A stretch of DNA of 59,613 bases, the filler included, from Nemertoderma westbladi (taxonomy: Eukaryota; Animalia; Xenacoelomorpha), in assembly GCA_032718475.1 (NCBI GenBank). It is 3 parts of 3 records of this genome, joined end to end, with 100 filler letters (N's around TTAATTAATTAA, not from the genome) between each part and the next. Parts side by side here need not be neighbours in the genome. Positions count along the whole stretch, not along the records: positions 20,826 to 49,929 come from JAUCBJ010004627.1; 2 more parts are not named here. One strand, 5' to 3'. The translations under genes were made by a program, and so were the position numbers. Below are positions 25,890 to 36,215 of the stretch, piece by piece (positions within the stretch are counted from its first letter, which is position 1; each line of letters opens with the position of its first letter). The notes under the pieces were generated by a model, which had not been told where the DNA came from, made no database searches, and was given only the letters and a program-made list of their open reading frames with translations.

Positions 25890-27155
25890 GTGGGGCCTTC
25901 GCGCAGCACGTGAAATGAGTTAATGCTAAGTATCAACTCGAAAGGATTATAAAAACATAGGAGAAGATTTTCCCGGAAAACGTTAACCCTCTAGCGGGAG
26001 ACTGGGTAACTGAAGAAGGAAGGATTAGTTTCCCTACAAAGCCACATCCTATGGTCTATTACATATCTACCAAGTTTCCGATTGACGGATCATAAATAAC
26101 GAAATGTTGGAAGGTTTTCACTTTCATACATTTAGCCCTCTAGCGGCATATTAAAGAACTACGGATCGATCACCTTCCTCACAAAGACGAGGCATGTGGT
26201 CTAGTACATACCGGTACTGTATATTCCAAAATTCAGCTTAAATAGATTAAGATCAAGGAATTCGCAAAGGTTATCACTTTCCTACATTTCGCCCTCTAGC
26301 GGCAGACTCGAAAACTCCGGACCGATTACTGTCCACACAAAGACTTAGGATGTCTTCTAGTACATATATGACAAGTTTCAGCGTAATCAGATCATAAACA
26401 ACTAAATGGAAGAATAATTTCACATTCGGGACATTTCGCCCTCTAGCGGCAGATTGGAGAACTGCAGACAGATTAGCCTCCTTTGAAATTTACAGCTAAT
26501 GGTCTAGTACATACTTCCCAAGTTTCAGCTTAAACGGATTAAAAGCAAAGAAATGGGTGGCCATTTAATGTTTAGACATGTGGCCCTCTAGCGGGAGACT
26601 GGAAAACTTCGGACCGATTACAATCCACACAAAGACTCAGGATGTCATCTAGTACATATATGACAAGTTTCAGCGTAATCAGATCATAAACAACTAAATG
26701 GAAGAATAATTTCACATTCGGGACATTTCGCCCTCTAGCGGCAGACTGGAGAACTGCAGACAGATTAGCCTCCTTTGAAATTTACAGCTAATGGTCTAGT
26801 ACATACTTCCCAAGTTTCAGCTTAAACGGATTAAAAGCAAAGAAATGGGTGGCCATTTAATGTTTAGACATGTGGCCCTCTAGCGGGAGACCATTGCACT
26901 GATGGTGTCTGAAAGTCTCTCAAAAATCTCAACTTTTGCTCATATTGATACCTACAAATTTTCAACTTGGCAGCTTTAAATCCGACAAAGTTATTAGCAT
27001 GTCAAAATCGTAACGACGACGACAACGACGACGACGACAACGACGACGACGACGACGACAACGACGACGACGACGACAACTATTTGCATAAATTGACCCA
27101 CCCCCTAACAGTGTCAATTCGCTAAGGCTCCGCCAACTTCGTGGCTCGCCCCACA
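25890..27155 (-). mobile_element. HINE/Helentron-like element with internal tandem units and (CGA)n microsatellite
   Basis: Reverse-complement homolog of 22320-23320; gccctctagcgg units, ~295-bp near-identical duplication, (ACG)n at 27013-27080. Confidence 0.6.
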
Positions 27156-28039
27156 ACCCAATTGATGTGAACCAGAATCGCTAATTAACCCCCCAATAAT
27201 GCTTACTTCTTTCTTGTGATACAAATATCAATCAGTTAAGGTGCAATAGTTAATAATTCCGCGAAATCTCCATTTATCATTACAAATATTTACATAAATC
27301 AATCGGCAAATATAATATACAAATACAACAGTAATCAACCAGTTCAGTCCTTTGGTATATCCAATGTTAGGCCAATCAGTGTATACAGCTATACTGTATG
27401 TAAATCAGGTCCGCTAACTATGATTCTAAGCATTTTGCCAGGATGTTACTTAGGCAAAAACCGCCTTGCAGGGCAGCTTTCAGCAAAAACAGAAGAATGA
27501 GCTTCCGGCCAAGCTGGGCCTACGAATTCTGAGCAATCATGACGTCATGGCCAGTTGCTATCAACTTCCAATAAAATGCTGCCGTGCGTCATTACTGGTA
27601 CTCCAACAAAGAACAGCTGAGTTAGAAAAATGAAAATAAATTTTATTGGCTGTTTTATCCCTGATGTGTACTGGTATCGAACATATGAGGGCGTGTGGAT
27701 CTGACATTTTATAGAGTTTGGAGTAGACCAACTTATCGAGGCCGCGGAAGCTTTTACAGTTTGACATATAGGTCTAATTAGAGTGATTACAATCTAATAA
27801 CATTTGAAAACTTGAATAAATGGCCGCGTTTTTGAAACTGTCACCGGAAAAAAATTATATGTGTACTCGTATAACATTAACACCATTCCCATTCCCGGAT
27901 CCAATAATTCTTAGTAATAACTAACTTGAATCTGCCTCTTACACTCCTATTTCTATCAGTATGCACTTGAAAATAAACAAACACTCTCCCCTGAACTCAG
28001 TAAAAATAAATATTACAACACAGTATACAAGCAAGGACT

Positions 28040-28841
28040 AATCTACTACTAGTAGAGTAGTAGAGTAGAGTACTACTAGTAGTACTACTAGTACCGCACT
28101 GTACAAAGTGCGGTACTGTTGCTTGGTGACGGGTGGTGACGGATACTACTCTTACATTAGGCTACGTAGTTACAATGTTAATGGATTATTTTCGTACCAA
28201 TATCGGTTTGTTCTTATGGAGATATTGGGGTTTAAACACAACGTATTTGACATGAATTGACTAGTAGAGTAGTAGAGTAAAGTACTACTACTAGTACTAC
28301 TAGTAGTACTACTAGTAGAGTAGAGTACTACTAGTAGAGTAGAGTACTACTAGTAGAGTAGAGTACTACTAGTAGTACTACTAGTAGAGTAGTAGAGTAG
28401 AGTACTACTAGTAGTACTACTAGTAGAGTAGTAGAGTAGAGTACTACTAGTAGAGTAGAGTACTACTAGTAGAGTAGAGTACTACTAGTAGAGTAGAGTA
28501 CTACTAGTAGTACTACTAGTAGAGTAGTAGAGTAGAGTACTACTAGTAGAGTAGAGTACTACTAGTAGTACTACTAGTAGAGTAGTAGAGTAGAGTACTA
28601 CTAGTAGTACTACTAGTAGAGTAGAGTACTACTAGTAGAGTAGAGTACTACTAGTAGTACTACTAGTAGAGTAGAGTACTACTAGTAGTACTACTAGTAG
28701 AGTAGCAGAATAGAGTACTACTAGTAGAGTAGAGTACTACTAGTAGAGTAGAGTACTACTAGTAGAGTAGAGTACTACTAGTAGAGTAGAGTACTACTAG
28801 TAGAGTAGAGTACTACTAGTAGAGTAGAGTACTACTAATAG
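28040..28841. repeat. AGTAG/CTACT palindromic satellite, left arm (unique stretch at ~28095-28258)
   Basis: Variants of agtagagtagagtactact. Confidence 0.95.
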
Positions 28842-30969
28842 TTTTTTTTTTTTGGTGCTTGGGTGAGATGATAGTATAATAACATAGTTGATACAATGGA
28901 TTTCAAATTGCACTATTACACCCTATCACCAAATCTGATTTATACAATGAGGTACAGTGATACGGATGTAAGGGGGAAATTCAAAACAGTTGGTTGTTTA
29001 TGTTGTAGGCCTACTGCAGTACTGGTCAGCTATTGTAGGCCTGTACGACAGCGCTGTACTACCAGGCTACGGCTCAGTGTCAGCGTTGTCCAACCGAATG
29101 GAGGCATCAGACACTGGACAATGAACCGGCCGTTTAGAGGCTGACCTACAACCTCGAAGGCAGAGCAGGGAGGAACGAAGCAACGCGAAGTTTAACTTGC
29201 GCCGGATCCACGTGACGCATTCCGAGTACCTGACCTCGCGTTTGTCCGCGAGCTTCTGTCCCAGGCGCTTAACAAACTGGCGCGTGGTCGGCGCCATCCC
29301 GCCAAAGGCCGAGAATATGAGGGGGACGAAAGTAGAATGTTCCACCTCCCGTATCCTCTCCTCGTACTTAAGAATCTTACGATTCTCGTGGTGGAGGTGC
29401 GCTGCGTCTAGGGACATAGCCGCGTTCGTCGCCGCCAGCGGGTTAAACACGGACACGTCGATGAACGACCGCTGGAATCGGTTTCCCCAGAAGCCGCTCA
29501 CAGACACATCCAGCCTCGCCTGCTGGTCCGTCGAGGTGGTACGATGGGTGAAAGTTTCACCGGATAACGGCTGGAGCATCGGCTCAACAGCAACGCTGTA
29601 GGCGACCTCAGTGAGCGAGTTGGCGACGAAATCACGTATCTCATTGTGCCTGATGGAGGGGAAACCTCCAGTTGGGCACGACAGGACGTGGGTTGCAGAA
29701 AATCGCGCCCCACAGGCACAACGAGATGGTAGATTCTTCGGACACCAACCGTAGCGGAGACACACCGCATCCCGGAACCCTTCTTTACTCAGGTGAGTAA
29801 CTTGTAGGGTTAGTGGCTTGGAGTTTAACCAAGCTGACGCACCTTTTTCTGTTGTGAGTTCACACAGTTTGCGTTGGTCTGTGGGTAACTGGGCGTAAAC
29901 TTGTTCCCTTTTAGTACGAGACGATGTTATGGACTCCGCCTTCACCTCGATCACGATCCGTCTCTGTTCAGTCCGCACCGCTGCCATCGACTCCGCATCT
30001 GCGAACGGTTCACAGACTCGGCGCGAGTGGTCATACTGCGTCTCCAAGTCGGAAGGAACCGGGATACCCAATCCGCCATCCCGAGTTGGGAGGGAGACTA
30101 GTTGGCGTTCAACCGCCGATAGCGACGGCCTGTCGAGCAGTTTGGCGATGAACCGCTGCAACGTCTCCTCCAGCTTCCCGAAGTGCTCCGTTGCGTTGGG
30201 GATGACGCGGGTTAGGAACCTCCACCTGCAGGAGAGCCCGAACGCCAAACCGGCGTACGCGCAGTGGGGGTCCACCGCGGCAATCTCGGCGAGTCGATCG
30301 ACTTCCTCCGCGAACTCATCGACTTTCTCCTCGACGTAGCTGGAACAAAATTCCTCGGTACCGATAACGCCGCCGAGTAGCTTGTTGCCCGTCGTATCAA
30401 TTGTGACAATGGTGTTCGCAAACAACGCTGCCGCCTCCACTAACTTATCCGGCTTTACAGTCAGGACACACTTCGACGGGTAGTACCCGTACAATGGTCC
30501 CCTTGAACACGCGATATCAAAGAACTTCCTGAGTTCTCCCAGTCGGCCCCCCGCGTTCCCATCGTCCGCATACCACTTCTGTTCCACGTCGCACCCGCGG
30601 TCCAGTTCGTCAAGGAGCGGCGTTATACCGCAGCCAAACATCGGCATCGCCACCGGGTCTCCTTGGGTGGAACCCTCCTCCGAGTAGAGGGTTTCCCCGC
30701 CGACGAATAGCCGCGCTGGTTCGCTGTAACAATTAGTTACTATCGTGTGCAGCGCCGGACAGACTAAACCGATGTTATGCAACGCTGCGCTGCGGTTTAA
30801 CACATTAAATGCGTTGGTAGCGTCGATCTGTAATATGCCGTCGCAGTCCTCAGAGGCAAAGGAATCGTTTAAACTGTGTATCGCGTGTTCGATTCCCGCT
30901 TTCTGTCCAAGACACATCTGGACAGATCCGCCGACGGCCTGTAAATCTGGACTGATACACAGCACCGTT
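28842..30969 (-). mobile_element. 5'-truncated CRE-clade non-LTR retrotransposon (restriction-like endonuclease type)
   Basis: Poly(A) tail (T run at 28842-28853), 3' UTR, TSD AGTACTACTAATAG at 28828-28841 and 30976-30989. Confidence 0.85.
29067..30965 (-). CDS. RT, CCHC zinc finger and RLE endonuclease (N-terminally truncated)
   Basis: IDATNAFN, GSTQGDP, YADD, GGLG, CACG..HVLSC, RHNEIRD, RLD..FIDV..K..KY. Confidence 0.9.
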   Translation of the reverse strand: MLCISPDLQAVGGSVQMCLGQKAGIEHAIHSLNDSFASEDCDGILQIDATNAFNVLNRSAALHNIGLVCPALHTIVTNCYSEPARLFVGGETLYSEEGSTQGDPVAMPMFGCGITPLLDELDRGCDVEQKWYADDGNAGGRLGELRKFFDIACSRGPLYGYYPSKCVLTVKPDKLVEAAALFANTIVTIDTTGNKLLGGVIGTEEFCSSYVEEKVDEFAEEVDRLAEIAAVDPHCAYAGLAFGLSCRWRFLTRVIPNATEHFGKLEETLQRFIAKLLDRPSLSAVERQLVSLPTRDGGLGIPVPSDLETQYDHSRRVCEPFADAESMAAVRTEQRRIVIEVKAESITSSRTKREQVYAQLPTDQRKLCELTTEKGASAWLNSKPLTLQVTHLSKEGFRDAVCLRYGWCPKNLPSRCACGARFSATHVLSCPTGGFPSIRHNEIRDFVANSLTEVAYSVAVEPMLQPLSGETFTHRTTSTDQQARLDVSVSGFWGNRFQRSFIDVSVFNPLAATNAAMSLDAAHLHHENRKILKYEERIREVEHSTFVPLIFSAFGGMAPTTRQFVKRLGQKLADKREVRYSECVTWIRRKLNFALLRSSLLCLRGCRSASKRPVHCPVSDASIRLDNADTEP

Positions 30970-31004
30970 AGTAGTAGTACTACTAATAGTACTACTACTA
31001 CTAG

Positions 31005-31167
31005 CCAGGGCGCATATCTCTGCCTTGCATCCTTAAGTGGTAGCTAAATGAGTACTGGAGTTTCCTCTGGGGAGTAAAGTTCTGGGGGGACCGCACTGGA
31101 AATAAGTCGTCAAACTTTGTGCGTAATCCCTGGCCTAGTGGCCGAAGAAAATTTACTTTACTTTTTT
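31005..31167 (+). mobile_element. Short SINE/LINE 3' fragment inside the satellite
   Basis: Unique sequence with a SINE-like ggtagctaaatgagtac segment and a (TTTAC)n-like tail, flanked by satellite. Confidence 0.45.
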
Positions 31168-31433
31168 AGTAGAGTAGAGTACTACTAGTAGAGTAGAGTA
31201 CTTCTAGTAGAGTAGAGTACTACTAATAGTACTACTAGTAGAGTAGTAGAGTAGAGTACTACTAGTAGTACTACTAGTAGAGTAGAGTACTACTAGTAGA
31301 ATAGAGTACTACTAGTAGTACTACTAGTAGAGTAGTAGAGTAGAGTACTACTAGTAGAGTAGATTACTACTAGTAGTACTACTAGTAGAGTAGTAGAGTA
31401 GAGTACTACTAGTAGGTACTACTAGTGACTAGT
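31168..31433. repeat. AGTAG/CTACT satellite, right arm
   Basis: Same units as 28040-28841. Confidence 0.95.
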
Positions 31434-31787
31434 CCTTGAGTACAAGTTATTTTATATTCATTATTATTCTGTGACAATTAATTTCATAATTTTAAATGCG
31501 GAATAAACGTACCTAATTACTATTACAAAAAAGGTATTATTCTGTACTGTAATATTCGTATCAAAATATGATTGCTGGAAGCAATATAGGCAGACGGCAG
31601 CACGATTTGTTTCTAATGCCTCGAATAGCTTAAATTATGTTGAAGGGCCCATAATACCCCACCCAATAAAGCATACTGTACATTAAAACCTTATGTACAA
31701 AGAAACATTAAGCCGTTAAACTGTTGTACAATGCTAACATAATTAATCAGTCATTATAACTATTTACAGTGTACTACTGTAAATAAT

Positions 31788-32142
31788 TGTGTGTAAAGTA
31801 GCACTTTACAGTGTGATGATCCGAGTGGCTTTGTTACACAAACGAACGTTAGTGAGTGAGTGAAAATAAAGCCACGAGGATCAGAACACTGTAATAACTA
31901 TTTACATACTTGTGTGTAAAGTAGCACTTTACAGTGTGATGATCCGAGTGGCTTTGTTACACGAACGAACGTTAGTGAGTGAGTGAAAATAAAGCCACGA
32001 GGATCAGAACAATGTAATAACTATTTACATACTTGTGTGTAAAGTAGCACTTTACTGTGTGATGATCCGAGTGCTTTGTTACACGAACGAACGTTAGTGA
32101 GTGAGTGAAAATAAAGCCACGACGATCAGAACACTGTAAAGT
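31788..32142. repeat. ~122-bp tandem repeat, 3 copies
   Basis: tgtgtgtaaagtagcactttac...gatcagaacactgtaa repeated. Confidence 0.9.
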
Positions 32143-32895
32143 ACTTTGCAACATACGTATGTAGTATACGTATGTATGTAGTTTTATTCTATAATTGTAA
32201 CATTGCGAAATGATTGTATATATATTATAAGTGATAGAAACTGCACAAATTAAATTAGTTGCTGTATAAATAAATGTAAAAATGACATAAATTATGTTAT
32301 AAAAAAGTTAGCTTATATTTATGGTGGCGTTTGGAGCCATGTTATAATAATATAGCTAGGCCCTACTGGTTATTAATAGCTATACCCCGCCTACCGGTAG
32401 GTAATGCAGTAGGCCTATCTGGCTGTCAGGCAAATTTCCACCTATTGTTTACGTGGTAACCATTGACGCCGTAACTTTACAGCTCGCCGTCATTGGTTAC
32501 TACATAAACATGGGACATTACAATACCCACTACAATACTAAATGTACAGGCCAATACAATACTGTAATGTCCTCTAAAGTTGTAAAGTGTTAAATAAGAA
32601 CTCGCTGTTAATACTAACGGCATTGAGTAATGTTACAATTTTGGAATAAAATTAATTTACTGTAACTTTAACAGGCTACATCGCGCAGTTAATTTAGCCC
32701 GGATGTGCGGTGTGTTGGTATTATTATTATTCTCGCCTATTAGGCGCAGCACCAGTCAAGCTGGTATATAATTGAATAGTTAATTAATGAAGTAAAATGA
32801 CACATCAGTGACAATAAAATATGGCTAATCGTAAACAGATTATAATAACGGAGTACAAAGCGAATAGAGGCAGTTTAGTATTAGTAGTGATAAGT

Positions 32896-33120
32896 GGGTG
32901 TAAACACTACACCGACAACCGACAGCCGACAACCACTGCCGACAACAGTAAATAAGACAATGTAACCTGAGTTCGCGACTCTCGTTTATTGTTTTGGTTA
33001 TAATAACCTTCCACTGTAACCTGTTCCTTTCCATCAATTAATAAATAACATTAATTAGCTATAATAATGGTTGTTGGCGTTGGTTGTCGGTAGTCGGTTG
33101 TCGGCATAACGTTTACACCC
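32896..33120. mobile_element. Mutator-like MITE
   Basis: TIR GGGTGTAAAC..ccgacaaccgac / gtcggttgtcgg..GTTTACACCC; 9-bp TSD (g/a)tgataagt at 32887-32895 and 33121-33129. Confidence 0.8.
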
Positions 33121-33326
33121 ATGATAAGTTACATATAATTTTACTACAAATTTATATGTATAAAAATTATATAGCATAGCAATAATTATCCAGTTGATTA
33201 AGAAATCATTCATGACATATAAATAAATTATTATTTGAGACATTGAGAGATTGTATCCTTGCTGCACCTAATATTGTTCGAAAATCTGAATAATAAATGA
33301 TATTTGTTAAGTATTTATAACTAAAT

Positions 33327-34763
33327 ATGATTGCCCTTCAGCATGTACTTATTTTACTTTCACTTTCGTACACACTTTCCTACTCAGTTTCGGAGAAGTT
33401 CCAATACATAGAAACGTGTTGGTTGGAAAACGAACCGATATGGGTGAACCTAACTGACCTTCCAGACCCATACGCGAGTCAATCGGTGGTGAAACCAACC
33501 CAAATGGTTGATATCCCAGAGAAGCCGTTACTAAAGGTTCCCAAAGGTTTCCGAGTCAACGTGTTTGCTTCCGGACTCCGGAATCCCCGGTGGTTGGTGC
33601 TGACGCCGGAAGACCACATACTGGTAACCGAGACCAATGAAAATGTAATCCGTTTACTGAAGAACGCTGGTGGAGTGGCTGATGAGTTCATGGAGTTCGC
33701 GACGTCGGCGAACGGGCTCAACATGCCCTTTGGTATGGCTTTCCAACGCCGAGGAACCGACCAGGACTACTGGTTCTTCCTCGCCAACATAGACGAGGTG
33801 CGCCGATTCGAGTACACGTTCGGTACATTGCGACTAGAGGGTGAAGGGACTCGGATTACGGAGCTGCCTGGGGAAGGGCAACACTGGACACGGAACGTTA
33901 TAGTGGCTCCGGATAGCTACCCGGACAATCAACGCTTGTTTGTGTCCATCGGATCGAAGAACAATGCCGCTGTGGAGGATGCACCGCGCGCATCAGTAAT
34001 CACCATGGCAACAACGGCGCCAACAACGGAAGGCTGGACAACATGGGCATCAGGGATCCGAAACCCTGTCGGAATGGCGTTCCATCCAGTAACCCACGAA
34101 CTGTTTGTAACCGTAAACGAACGGGATCTACTTGGCGACGATCTCGTCCCTGATTACTTCACTCGCGTCCGTAAAGACGAGTACTACGGCTGGCCCTACG
34201 CATACTTCAACCCCGAGCTGCTAGACCCCCGGTTCGTGGACCCCAAGACTGGTACCAGCATCCGTCCGGATCTGGTGGCAGACACCGCGCTGCCCCAGGT
34301 CCTCCTGCAGGCCCACTCCGCCGCGCTGGGACTCACCTTCTACACAGGGGACATGTTCCCCTCGGACTACCGGAACGGTGCGTTCGTGGCGTTCCGAGGC
34401 TCGTGGAACCGCGATCGCGGGACCGGGTTCAAACTCGTGTTCATCCCCTTCAACTCGGCGACTAACCAACCCATTGGCTACTACACCGACTTCCTAACCG
34501 GGTTCCTGGTAGACCCCTCTGGACCCACCAGCTGGGGCCGACCCGTGGGCGTTCTAGAACTCTCAGATGGAAGTATCATCTTTACCGAGGAAAAGAACCA
34601 ACAGATTTACCGGATATCCTACGCCAGACCCTACGGACTAACAGAAGAACAACTAGCATGCCAATCAGCTGTTAGCGGAAAGGAACCAATTACACTGAGG
34701 AACTACATATTTGGTGAAGGCCTATATTCATTACTTATATTTATTATTACCTATATTCAGTAA
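33327..34763 (+). CDS. Bacterial-type PQQ-dependent glucose/L-sorbosone dehydrogenase-like beta-propeller protein; intronless, secreted or anchored
   Basis: VPKGFRVNVFASGL.NPR, HWTR, LFVSIGSKNN, ASGIRNPVG, VNERDLLGDDLVPD, YGWPY, AHSAALG, FRGSWNR, GRPVG; N-terminal signal peptide and hydrophobic C-terminus. Confidence 0.9.
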   Translation: MIALQHVLILLSLSYTLSYSVSEKFQYIETCWLENEPIWVNLTDLPDPYASQSVVKPTQMVDIPEKPLLKVPKGFRVNVFASGLRNPRWLVLTPEDHILVTETNENVIRLLKNAGGVADEFMEFATSANGLNMPFGMAFQRRGTDQDYWFFLANIDEVRRFEYTFGTLRLEGEGTRITELPGEGQHWTRNVIVAPDSYPDNQRLFVSIGSKNNAAVEDAPRASVITMATTAPTTEGWTTWASGIRNPVGMAFHPVTHELFVTVNERDLLGDDLVPDYFTRVRKDEYYGWPYAYFNPELLDPRFVDPKTGTSIRPDLVADTALPQVLLQAHSAALGLTFYTGDMFPSDYRNGAFVAFRGSWNRDRGTGFKLVFIPFNSATNQPIGYYTDFLTGFLVDPSGPTSWGRPVGVLELSDGSIIFTEEKNQQIYRISYARPYGLTEEQLACQSAVSGKEPITLRNYIFGEGLYSLLIFIITYIQ

Positions 34764-34769
34764 ACTATA

Positions 34770-36215
34770 CGAAAGGGTAATTATAACAACTTATCTCTAT
34801 TTAAACAAAATACTAAAATTACATTAACCTCACAATACGGATTCCGCAAAAAATCAACAACTACTGGGGAAGCAATACTTACTGTCACAGAAAGCATTCA
34901 TCAAAAAATACTTGACTCAAGAATCAGCATGCCTCATAGCTATAGACCTCAAAAAAGCATTCGACACACTCAACCATAAAATTAAAACTATTAAAAAAAC
35001 TCGAAAACTATGGCATACGTGTCACGCCACACAAATGACTAACAAGTTACTTACAAAATAGATCACACTATGTACAAATAAGAAACATACAATCACACCT
35101 CAACTCGCAACTTGCGGTACACCACAGGGGGCCATTCAAAGTTCAATGCTGTTCCTAATCTACGTAAACGAGGGAAACTGGACGCAAAACTCGCCTTGAC
35201 GAATTAATATCCCGCCTCAATGTTAAATTCTCAATTTAGGGAAAGGATCAGGTTAGGCCTACAGTGGCACGTTATTTTAACCAAAACAATAAACTAAACA
35301 CAATAGAACAGGTTACAGTTTTATTTTTGAGAGTAATCAACTGTTATTTGCGTCCAATTTCCCCTGGAGAGGGATGAATTTTATTGCGTCCAGCCCCCCC
35401 CCCCCCCCCCCCCCCCCCCCTATCTGAATTAGTTACAACGATATTCGCAAGACAACACCAACATATTACACAGTCACCGTGATCCTCACATACTAGCAAC
35501 AACTGTAAACACTGAACTTGATAAACTAAACTTATGGTTACTCGATAACAAACTTTCTCTTTATCTAAATAAGACCAAATATTTATTCATATCCAACATA
35601 CACAACAAAACTGGCACAGACATAGTCATACAAGACAAAGCAATTCAAAAAAACTAAATTTTTAGGTCTATATATTGATAATCGATTAACATGGAAAGTC
35701 CACTGTGGTTATATACTGAAAAAGATTTATAAATCAGCTGGACTTTTTTTTAAGCTCCTTTATATTCTACCGCTAAGCTAAATATTTTAAAACTGCCATA
35801 GCACACACTCATTCACCCTTACCTTACTTATGGTGTAGTATTATGGGGGGATACTCACACAAAATACATTATGCCGATTACAATCAAAGTGAACAAGATC
35901 CTAGGAGCCATTCCTTTTAGTCACTACCGCTTGACGGTCATTATAAACTGGAAAGTGGAAACCGCCAAACTTATGTGGGAAGCAAGTCAATAATAATAAA
36001 AAACAAGACTTTATCTTCACTATTCCAATAACACTCGTTCCACTGCTATAAATAACTACTTTGTCCCGCTAGTACGGCTTAACCAAATACCATTAACCAT
36101 TAAAATACAATGGTGTAAAAATTTGGAACTCCATTAACATATAAATAAAAGAGAAAAAAACAAAAAGGTCATTTGCAAATTCCCTAAAAAGTCAATACAT
36201 AAAGCATTTAAATTA
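34770..36215 (+). pseudogene. Degenerate CR1/L2-group LINE RT fragment
   Basis: Fragments IDLKKAFDTLNH, KKLENYGIR, PQG, KFLGLYIDNRLTWK.H, HPYLTYGVVLWG with many disablements. Confidence 0.75.
35172..35363. mobile_element. Small MITE family (other copies at ~46253-46432 and ~55392-55548)
   Basis: TIR gggaaa(c)tggacgcaaa / tttgcgtccaatttccc; three near-identical copies in the window. Confidence 0.75.

Noticed and set aside
26962-27156. Arg-rich, protamine-like ORF
   Set aside because: Translation of a (CGT)n microsatellite inside a repeat element
28040-31433. Telomeric repeat
   Set aside because: Internal to an intron, palindromic and lacking G-strand bias
33327-34763. Bacterial contamination as the explanation for the dehydrogenase gene
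   Set aside because: Contiguous with eukaryotic TEs and spliced exons, carries eukaryote-like terminal signals, and has no neighbouring bacterial genes; read-level confirmation is still needed
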